From Solirubrobacterales bacterium (GTDB lineage Bacteria; Actinomycetota; Thermoleophilia; Solirubrobacterales; 70-9), in NCBI GenBank assembly GCA_050251335.1, contig JBFWMZ010000010.1, forward strand, positions 14,311-78,310: a stretch of 64,000 nucleotides of DNA, in the 5' to 3' direction. Positions 57,282 to 64,000 of this stretch are shown piece after piece (the first letter of the stretch is position 1; the number at the start of each line of letters is the position of its first letter). A program made the translations under genes and the position numbers. The notes under the pieces were generated by a model. The model was not told the origin of the DNA and ran no database searches. It saw only the letters and a program-made list of their open reading frames with translations.

Positions 57282-58577
57282 TCAGCCGGCGACGGTCGGC
57301 CGGTGGCCGGGGCCGGTCGCGTCTTCGGGGCGGACCGCGTCGGCGCCGAGCTCGAACGCGCTGTGGAGGAACTTGACCGCGTCGGCGACGCGGTCGGCGG
57401 CGATGACGCAGCTGATCTTGATCGGCGAGGTGGAGATCATCTCGATGTTGATCTGGTGCTCGCCGAGGACGCGGAAGACGGTGGCGGCGACGCCCGGGTG
57501 CGAGCGCATCCCGGCGCCGACGATCGAGACCTTGCCGATCTGCTCGTCGGTCCGCACCTCGAGCGAGACGCCGCCGAGCCTTTCGATCACCTCGGTGGCG
57601 ATCGGCAGGTCGGCGCGGTCGACGGTGAAGGAGAGGTCGGCGAGCTGGTCGTCGCCGACGGGCTCGTTCTGGATAATCACGTCGACGTTGACGTTGGCGT
57701 CGGCGAGGGCGCCGAAGATGCGGCCGGCGACCCCGGGCTCGTCGCGGACCCCGTGCAGGGTGACGCGAGCCTCCGAGTTGGAGTGGGTGACGGCGGTGAC
57801 GAAAGGTTGCTCCATGGTCTCTTCCTCTGAGACGACGAGGGTACCGGGGCCGTCCTCGAAGCTGCTGCGGCAGTGGATCCGGACCCCGTGGTTGCGGGCG
57901 TACTCGACCGAGCGCAGCTGCAGCACCCCGGCGCCGGAGGCCGACATCTCGAGCATCTCCTCGAAGGAGACGACCGGCAGCTTGCGCGCCTCGGGGACGA
58001 TCCGCGGGTCGGCGCTGTAGACGCCGGCGACGTCGGTGTAGATCTCGCAGACGCTGGCGGCGAGCGCCGCGGCGAGCGCCACCGCGGTGGTGTCGGAGCC
58101 ACCGCGGCCGAGCGTGGTGACGTCGCGGCTCTCGGTCGAGACGCCCTGGAAGCCGGCGACGAGGACGATCCGGTCCTCCTCGAGGGCGGCGCGGATGCGG
58201 TCGGCGCGGACGTCGATGATCCGCGCCTTGGTGTGGGTCGAGTCGGTGACGATGCCGGCCTGCGAGCCGGTCAGCGAGATCGCCTCGTGGCCCATGTCGT
58301 GGATCGCCATCGCGCACAGCGCGCAGGAGATCCGCTCGCCGGTCGAGAGCAGCATGTCCATCTCGCGCGCGACCGGGCGCTCGGAGATCTCGTGCGCCTG
58401 CTCGACCAGCTGGTCGGTCGTCTTGCCGCGGGCCGAGAGCACCGCGACGACACGGTTGCCGGCCTCCCGCGCGGCGACGATCCGCCCCGCAGCGCGCTTG
58501 ATCTGCTCGGCGCCGGCGACCGAGGTGCCGCCGAACTTCATCACCACGATGTCGGATTCGGCTCCGCTCACGGCCAC
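57282..58577 (-). CDS. lysC: Aspartate kinase (with ACT domains; probable internal beta-subunit start at 57815)
   Basis: VMKFGGTSV...[14 protein letters not shown]...; C-terminal ACT pair. The exact N-terminal start is uncertain (several GTG/ATG codons between 58541 and 58577). Confidence 0.95.
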   Translation of the reverse strand: MAVSGAESDIVVMKFGGTSVAGAEQIKRAAGRIVAAREAGNRVVAVLSARGKTTDQLVEQAHEISERPVAREMDMLLSTGERISCALCAMAIHDMGHEAISLTGSQAGIVTDSTHTKARIIDVRADRIRAALEEDRIVLVAGFQGVSTESRDVTTLGRGGSDTTAVALAAALAASVCEIYTDVAGVYSADPRIVPEARKLPVVSFEEMLEMSASGAGVLQLRSVEYARNHGVRIHCRSSFEDGPGTLVVSEEETMEQPFVTAVTHSNSEARVTLHGVRDEPGVAGRIFGALADANVNVDVIIQNEPVGDDQLADLSFTVDRADLPIATEVIERLGGVSLEVRTDEQIGKVSIVGAGMRSHPGVAATVFRVLGEHQINIEMISTSPIKISCVIAADRVADAVKFLHSAFELGADAVRPEDATGPGHRPTVAG

Positions 58578-58600
58578 CGAGGATAGAGAGAGACCCGTCG

Positions 58601-58641
58601 GGCTGTTCCTTATCCCGGAATGGCCTGGATAAGGAACAGCC
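58601..58641. repeat. Low-GC palindromic element, copy 2 (GGCTGTTCCTTATCC-N11-GGATAAGGAACAGCC)
   Basis: Perfect 15-bp arms at 58601-58615 and 58627-58641. The loop is the approximate reverse complement of the copy-1 loop (9 of 11 positions). Confidence 0.8.
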
Positions 58642-58643
58642 AG

Positions 58644-58883
58644 CTAGCTCTGGCCGCCGCCGCCGAGGTTGCCGAGCATCGCCTGTTCGGCCATCCGGAT
58701 CAGGCCCAGGCCGCTGTGCGGGCGCATGTCGCTGGAGCGCACGCGGACGTGGGAGCCGTGCGGCCCGACCACCTCGACGATCGTGCAGACGTCGCCGATT
58801 TCGCAGTCGTCGCCGTAGTCGCCTTCGATCGCCTCCATCTGCTCGGCGACCACCCTTCCCACCTTGCTCTGATCGAGCGCCAT
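58644..58883 (-). CDS. Small acidic hypothetical protein (79 aa)
   Basis: MALDQSKVGRVVAEQMEAIEGDYGDDCEIGDVCTIVEVVGPHGSHVRVRSSDMRPH... has unbiased composition. ATG at 58883 is preceded by GGGTGGGGAG. Confidence 0.5.
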   Translation of the reverse strand: MALDQSKVGRVVAEQMEAIEGDYGDDCEIGDVCTIVEVVGPHGSHVRVRSSDMRPHSGLGLIRMAEQAMLGNLGGGGQS

Positions 58884-58953
58884 GCTCCCCACCCTTCGTC
58901 GAAGTCACGCAGCCAAGGAATCAACTGACTGTATGGGATCGCGACTTGGCGCA

Positions 58954-58988
58954 AGATATATCTGTCTGATATATTCTCCCGAGATATG
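58954..58988 (+). promoter_or_regulatory. AT-rich region with three GATAT(A/G) direct repeats upstream of and overlapping the PadR start
   Basis: AGATATATCTGTCTGATATATTCTCCCGAGATATG. Candidate PadR autoregulatory operator and -10 region. Confidence 0.35.
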
Positions 58989-59537
58989 GAGTCCCTGAGC
59001 CCCACCGCTTACGTGATCCTCGGCATGGTCCTGCGCGAGCCGCTCTCCGGCTACGAGATCAAGGCCAAGGTCGACAACTCGACCCGTTTCTTCTGGGCAG
59101 CCAGCTACGGCCAGATCTATCCGGAGCTGAAGCGCCTTTCCGAAGCCGGGCTGATCGTCGGCGTCGACTCGCCCACCGGTGGCCGCAAACGGACCGTCTA
59201 CGAGATCACCGCCGACGGCGAGGAGGAGCTGGTGGCCTGGCTGCGGCAGCCGCCGGAGGTGTTCGAGATGCGCGACGAAGGACTGCTGAAGCTGTTCTTC
59301 GCCGCAGCGCTGCCGCCCGCCGAGGCGGTAGAGATCGTGCGCGCGATGCGCCGCCACCGCGAAGCCGTGAACAAGCGGCTGCGCGAGCTCGAGCCCGAAA
59401 AAGACGAGGACAGGGCGCGCTACCCGCTCGTCGTCCTGCGCTGCGGGATCGAGTTCACCGACTGGTTCGTCGACTGGTGCCGGCGGGTCGAGGAGCAGAT
59501 CCTCGCCGCCGCCGACGGCGAGCAAGGGAGGAGCTGA
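58986..59537 (+). CDS. PadR-family transcriptional regulator
   Basis: YVILGMVLREPLSGYEIKAKV...YGQIYPELKRLSEAGLI (PadR wHTH). The stop overlaps the MMPL start (TGATG). Confidence 0.85.
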   Translation: MESLSPTAYVILGMVLREPLSGYEIKAKVDNSTRFFWAASYGQIYPELKRLSEAGLIVGVDSPTGGRKRTVYEITADGEEELVAWLRQPPEVFEMRDEGLLKLFFAAALPPAEAVEIVRAMRRHREAVNKRLRELEPEKDEDRARYPLVVLRCGIEFTDWFVDWCRRVEEQILAAADGEQGRS

Positions 59538-61666
59538 TGTTCGACGCCCTGGCCCGCTTCGCCGACCGCCGCGCCCGCCGCCTGGTGATCGGCGCGGTCG
59601 CCTTCTTCGTCCTCGCCGGAATGCTCGGCGGCTCGGTCGCCAGCCGCCTCGACCCCTACGGCGCCGCCGACCCGGCGACCGAGGCGGTGAAGGCCAAGGA
59701 CCAGCTCGAGGCGGCCGGCTACCGCTCGCCCGCGGTCCTCGTCGTGGTCGAAGACGCGCCGGTCGGCAGGCCGGCGAGCCGGGCGCGGGTGACCGGGCTC
59801 GAACGCCAGGTCCGCGAGCGTCCCGACGTCCAGTCCGTCACCGGCTACTACGGCACCCGCTCCCCCGCCTTCCTCTCCGAGGACCGCGACTCCACATACT
59901 TCGTCGTCACCCTGGTGCCGACCGGCGATAAGGCGATGCAGGACCTCGCCGCTGAAATCGACGACGAACTCGCGGGCGAGCCAGGGGTCCTCGTCGGCGG
60001 GCCGGCGGTCGCCCAGGAACAGGTCAACCACCAGGTCGAGGAAGACCTGAAAAAGGCCGAGCTACTCGCCTTCCCGCTGCTCTTCCTGCTCACCCTGCTC
60101 TTCTTCCGCAGCCTGGTCGCGGCGCTGCTGCCGCTGCTGATCGGCGGCCTGGCGATCGTCGGCACCTTCCTGATCCTCCGCCTCGCCAGCGAATTCGGCT
60201 CGATCTCGGTCTTCGCGCTGAACCTGACGACCGCGCTCGGGCTCGGCCTGGCGATCGACTACAGCCTCTTCATCGTCTCCCGCTACCGCGAGGAGATCGC
60301 CCGTTCGGGGCCGGGGCTGGCGGCGATGCGGCGGGTCCTGGCGACCTCGGGCCGCACCGTCTTCTTCTCCTCGCTGACCGTTGCCGCGGCGCTCGCCTCG
60401 CTGCTCGTCTTCCCGCAGCGCTTCCTCTACTCGATGGGGCTCGGTGGCGCCCTGGTGGCGCTGTTCGCGGCGCTGATCTCGCTGACCGTGCTGCCGGCGA
60501 TCCTCACCCTGCTCGGCGACCGGGTCAACGCCCTCTCCCCCAGCTTCCTGCGGCGGCGGGCGGAGGCGGAGGCGCGACCGGCCTCCTCGGGCTTCTGGTA
60601 CCGGCTCTCGCGCTTCGTGATGCGGCGGCCGATCCCGGTGGCGACGCTCTCCGCCGCCTTCCTGATCCTGCTCGGCCTGCCCTTCCTGGGGATCAGGTTC
60701 AACACCGTCGACGCGACCGTGCTGCCGAAGGACGCGAGCGCGCGGGAGGCGTACGAAATCGTCAGCGAGCAGTTCCCGCCCTACCGCGAATCGCCGATCG
60801 TCGTCTCCTTCAGCGGCGGCGGGCCGGGCGAGGCGCGCCAGTTCGCGCAGGAGGTCGGCGCGGTGCCGGGGGTGAGCGAAGTGCTGCCGCCGCGGCCGCT
60901 CGAGGGCGGCGTCACCGCGATCGAAGCGATCTCGACCAGCCCCTTCGCCGCCGAAGCCAGCCAGCGAACGGTCGAACGGATCCGCGAGCTGCCGACGCCG
61001 GCGGGGACGACCGCCCTGGTCGGCGGTGGATCCGCCGACTTCGTCGACTTCCAGGCCAGTCTCGAGAGCCACCTGCCGATCGCCCTGGCGATCATCGTCG
61101 TCGCCACGCTGGTGATCCTCTTCCTGATGACCGGCTCGGTGGTGCTGCCGATCAAGTCGCTGCTGATGAACGTCCTCAACCTCAGCGCCGTCTTCGGCCT
61201 ACTGGTGCTGATCTTCCAGGACGGCCGGCTGGAAGGGCTGCTCGGCTACTCGAGCCCGGGGGCAATCGAGCAGACGATGCCGATCCTGATGTTCGCCGTC
61301 GCCTTCGGGCTCTCCACCGACTACGCGGTGTTCCTGCTCTCGCGGATCAAGGAGGCGCGCGACGGTGGCGCCTCGGACTCCGAGTCGGTCGCGATCGGGC
61401 TCGAGCGGACGGGGCGGATCGTCACCGCCGCGGCGCTGCTGTTCGCGGTCGCGATGCTCGCCTTCGCCACCTCGGAGATCATCTTCATCAAGGAGAACGG
61501 CGTCGGCACCGCCCTCGCCGTGCTGATCGACGCCAGCATCATCCGCGCCCTGCTGGTGCCGGCGCTGATGGAGCTGCTCGGCAGGTGGAACTGGTGGGCG
61601 CCGGCGCCGCTGCGACGGCTGCACGAGCGTTGGGGGATCGGCGAGACGGAGGCTGAGGCCGCCTAG
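59537..61666 (+). CDS. MMPL-family (RND superfamily) membrane transporter
   Basis: MFDALARFADRRARRLVIG...GLGLAIDYSLFIVSRYREE...GLSTDYAVFLLSRIKE. ATG at 59537 rather than the track start at 59477. Confidence 0.9.
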   Translation: MFDALARFADRRARRLVIGAVAFFVLAGMLGGSVASRLDPYGAADPATEAVKAKDQLEAAGYRSPAVLVVVEDAPVGRPASRARVTGLERQVRERPDVQSVTGYYGTRSPAFLSEDRDSTYFVVTLVPTGDKAMQDLAAEIDDELAGEPGVLVGGPAVAQEQVNHQVEEDLKKAELLAFPLLFLLTLLFFRSLVAALLPLLIGGLAIVGTFLILRLASEFGSISVFALNLTTALGLGLAIDYSLFIVSRYREEIARSGPGLAAMRRVLATSGRTVFFSSLTVAAALASLLVFPQRFLYSMGLGGALVALFAALISLTVLPAILTLLGDRVNALSPSFLRRRAEAEARPASSGFWYRLSRFVMRRPIPVATLSAAFLILLGLPFLGIRFNTVDATVLPKDASAREAYEIVSEQFPPYRESPIVVSFSGGGPGEARQFAQEVGAVPGVSEVLPPRPLEGGVTAIEAISTSPFAAEASQRTVERIRELPTPAGTTALVGGGSADFVDFQASLESHLPIALAIIVVATLVILFLMTGSVVLPIKSLLMNVLNLSAVFGLLVLIFQDGRLEGLLGYSSPGAIEQTMPILMFAVAFGLSTDYAVFLLSRIKEARDGGASDSESVAIGLERTGRIVTAAALLFAVAMLAFATSEIIFIKENGVGTALAVLIDASIIRALLVPALMELLGRWNWWAPAPLRRLHERWGIGETEAEAA

Positions 61667-61687
61667 CTAGAGGCGCTCGTCGAGTCG

Positions 61688-63394
61688 TCAGCGCGCTGCA
61701 AGGGTTTTACCCGCCATAGGGGGTGCAAGTGCTGCAGGACGAAAAGGCTGTGGGCGCTTCGCGGCTTGCGGCATCGTCGCTTCTTCTTCGCTGACCGAGG
61801 TCGATTCTTCTTCGGCGCCGGCGTTGAAGACGCTCGGTTCGAGCGGCACCATGGCCGGTTCGGCTGCGTAGCCGAGCCTTTCCAGTTCGAACAGTTCCTC
61901 GATCGTCGCCAGCAGGGTGAAGTGGTTGGCGTAGGTGGTTGCGTCGACGGTGCCCGGCTCGACGAAGCTGGAGAGCAGCAGGAGGCCGACCCTGCCGCCG
62001 CCGCCCGATTGCTTCACGCCGCCTTCGCCCGGCACTTCTTCGGGGGGCGGCGGCAGGTTCGGGTAGGCGGGCGTGGCGCAGCAGGAGCTCGCGTCGGGGG
62101 TGGTGCCGGTCTGCGGCGCCTGGGCCGAGGTGATCATCAGCAGCCCGCCGTCGGCGTAGGCCTTCGAGTTGACGATCTTCGGCACCGCTTCGCGGAGGAA
62201 GGGTTCGGCTGCCAGCGGTCCGCTCGGCTGGCCTTCTTCGCAGGGTTCGACGGCGCCGGCGTGGCAGCGGTTGGGGACGACGTAGGCGAAGGTCGGCGCC
62301 TTCGTCGGGTCCCGCAGATCGGTTGCGAGCTGCGGCAGACCAACGACGTTTTCAGGGCATTTGGGATCGTCGAGCAGCGAGTGGAAGAGGCCGAACGGCC
62401 GGGCGCAGCTCGGTGGTTCGGGGGTACCGGGCACCGCTTCCTCGACGTAGGCCCTCCACTTCAGTTCCTTCTCCGCGAGCTGGCCGACCACGGTTTCGAC
62501 CGTCGCGGGGAAGAGGCATGCTTCGGGCTCCACCGGGCATTCGGCGGCCAGCTCTTCGGTCGGCCCCTGGCCGCTCAGCAGCGCCGCCTGGTTGGCCAGC
62601 TGGCCCCTGGTGACGCCGTAGTAGTTCGTCAGCAGCTCCCCCTGTTCCGGCAGGGTCTTCTGTAGGTAGGGCGCCGGGGAGGTTTCGCCGAATGCTTCGT
62701 CGAAGCCGTTTTCGCCGAGCACGATCAGGAACAGGTGTTTGACTTCGGGCAGCGTTTCTTCGACTTCTTCTTCGGGGTCGAACGGAACCAGTTCTTCTTC
62801 GGGCGGTTCTTCCGGCAACGGTTCGGCCGGCGCTTCTTCGGGCAGCGCTTCGGGCAACGGCGCTGCGACCGGCGCTTCGGCCACCGGCGCCGCGGCCACT
62901 TCTTCTTCCGGCGGCGCTGGCGCGACTTCGACCGGTTCTTCCTCTGGCGGCGGCGCCTTCTCTTCTTCCGCCATCTCGAGGACGATCGTTTCGACCCCGG
63001 CGCTGTGGGCGATCTGGCTGCTCGCCGAGCCGACCACGACGCCGAGCCCGAGCATGCAGATCACCGCCGCGGCGGCGGCGCGCGGCGAGGGTATCCAGGC
63101 GGCGAGGCCCTTGGAGGCGGAGTCCGCGCCCGTCGCGCCCAGGGCGGCGGCCTCCGCGGGGTGGGCGGAAGCCGCCGCGTCCGCGCCGGCGGCGGACACG
63201 ACCGCGGCCGCGGCTTCCTTGCCGCGGTCGCGATCACTGAACGTGGCGATTGCGGTGGCCACCGCCGGCGGCAACGACGCTTCGCGGCGCGCGCCGCAGT
63301 CCAGGCAATAGCGCTGGTCACCCTTGAACGGCGCTCCGCACTCGCCGCAGCTCGCCCCCCGGGAGCCGCGTCTGTCGTCTCTGCCGTTCGCCAC
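61688..63394 (-). CDS. Zinc-ribbon / TM / Pro-Glu-rich linker / phosphoesterase (PLC/acid-phosphatase-like) domain protein
   Basis: CGECGAPFKGDQRYCLDCG, a TM helix (AAAAVICMLGLGVVVG), a PE-rich spacer, then HLFLIVLGENGFDEAFG.... Start set at GTG 63394 and is uncertain. Confidence 0.7.
   Translation of the reverse strand: MANGRDDRRGSRGASCGECGAPFKGDQRYCLDCGARREASLPPAVATAIATFSDRDRGKEAAAAVVSAAGADAAASAHPAEAAALGATGADSASKGLAAWIPSPRAAAAAVICMLGLGVVVGSASSQIAHSAGVETIVLEMAEEEKAPPPEEEPVEVAPAPPEEEVAAAPVAEAPVAAPLPEALPEEAPAEPLPEEPPEEELVPFDPEEEVEETLPEVKHLFLIVLGENGFDEAFGETSPAPYLQKTLPEQGELLTNYYGVTRGQLANQAALLSGQGPTEELAAECPVEPEACLFPATVETVVGQLAEKELKWRAYVEEAVPGTPEPPSCARPFGLFHSLLDDPKCPENVVGLPQLATDLRDPTKAPTFAYVVPNRCHAGAVEPCEEGQPSGPLAAEPFLREAVPKIVNSKAYADGGLLMITSAQAPQTGTTPDASSCCATPAYPNLPPPPEEVPGEGGVKQSGGGGRVGLLLLSSFVEPGTVDATTYANHFTLLATIEELFELERLGYAAEPAMVPLEPSVFNAGAEEESTSVSEEEATMPQAAKRPQPFRPAALAPPMAGKTLAAR
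61693..61737. repeat. 'CCATAGGGGGT' hairpin element, copy 2
   Basis: GCGCTGCAAGGGTTTTACCCGCCATAGGGGGTGCAAGTGCTGCAG lies at a convergent gene junction and overlaps the last ~16 codons of the minus-strand ORF. Confidence 0.55.
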
Positions 63395-63535
63395 GCTCTG
63401 TCGCCAGTATCGGCGCGGCGCGGGGTGCGGATGTGAAGATCCTGAGTCCGGGCGGAGAACCGGCGGCCGCGAGCCGACGGTGGCCTTCACAACTCTTAAA
63501 CACGGTTGCCGGGGCACCGCCCGGAAGATGCAAAC

Positions 63536-64000
63536 GTGACCGCCGGATCCAATCCGAGCGGGGAGCCGCAGACCGCGCCCCTGCCCGTCGCACCATCCTC
63601 CGATCAGCATCACCAGCCCGGGGCGACGCCCGCGGACCAGTCGCTGGCGCCGCCGTCACTCGCGTCGAGCGCCGGCGACGCCTGCCCCTCCTGCGGCGCC
63701 CGGATGGCGCTCGACCAGCGCTACTGCCTCAACTGCGGCAACCGGCGCGGCGACCCGCGGCTGCCGTTCATGGACGCGGTCGTCTTCATGGAGGCGGCCA
63801 AGCACCCGCGTGACGACCCCGCGGCGGCAGCGGCAGCCGCCCCTCCCCCGCCACCGCAGAAATCCGGACTCTCGCCCGGCACGACGCTGATCGCGGGGAT
63901 CGCGACCCTGATCCTGGCGGTCGGCGTCGGCGTCCTGATCGGCCGCTCCGGCGACAGCTCGGGGACGCCGGTGGCAAGCCCGAAGCCGACCGTGATCCAG
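63536..64000 (+). CDS. Zinc-ribbon membrane protein, N-terminal part (runs off the window end)
   Basis: Manual translation from GTG 63536: ...CPSCGARMALDQRYCLNCGNRRGDPRLPFMD...GTTLIAGIATLILAVGVGVLIG.... The frame is open to position 64000. It is paralogous at the N-terminus to the divergent gene 61688..63394. Confidence 0.5.
   Translation, partial: MTAGSNPSGEPQTAPLPVAPSSDQHHQPGATPADQSLAPPSLASSAGDACPSCGARMALDQRYCLNCGNRRGDPRLPFMDAVVFMEAAKHPRDDPAAAAAAAPPPPPQKSGLSPGTTLIAGIATLILAVGVGVLIGRSGDSSGTPVASPKPTVIQ

Overview
This is a very GC-rich window that looks like Actinomycetota, packed almost end to end with housekeeping genes. On the minus strand it holds the conserved mfd / pth / rplY / prs / glmU / tRNA-Gln neighbourhood, then PucR, DedA-PAP2, ispE, rsmA, tatD, metG, rsmI and a ROK glucokinase. 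After those come LCP, glyQS, two amidases, two MMPL transporters, lon-hsp20, mdh-icd, an AidB-like acyl-CoA dehydrogenase, an sdhA-sdhB-HdrB-like succinate dehydrogenase operon and asd-lysC. I found no CRISPR array, rRNA, prophage, transposase, integrase or recognisable defence system. The one RNA gene I can support is tRNA-Gln(UUG). Most long ORFs in the supplied track that lie antisense to these genes are Arg/Pro/Gly/Ala-rich artefacts of the GC bias; the track also counts GTG and TTG as starts, so several real genes are over-extended at the N-terminus. The signals that ordinary annotation does not explain are mostly non-coding or very small:

- **Repeat family at 34.5-47.5 kb:** at least four intergenic copies share a conserved core. 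In three of them the core sits between long inverted-repeat arms (18 or 25 bp) whose sequences are unrelated from copy to copy. Two copies flank the AidB-like gene, and one of those supplies its Shine-Dalgarno and ATG.
- **Other palindromic repeats:** three further small repeat families are present.
- **Micro-ORF:** an untracked 43-codon GatC/AtzG-like ORF is translationally coupled to one amidase.
- **Succinate dehydrogenase:** the operon has type-E features and no membrane-anchor gene.
- **R2-like protein:** a radical-less R2-like di-iron protein is fused to an SCP2 domain.
- **Orphan proteins:** several small or orphan proteins occur, some in patches that look lower in GC.

All coordinates and motifs were read by eye from the sequence. 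No database search or computation was run.
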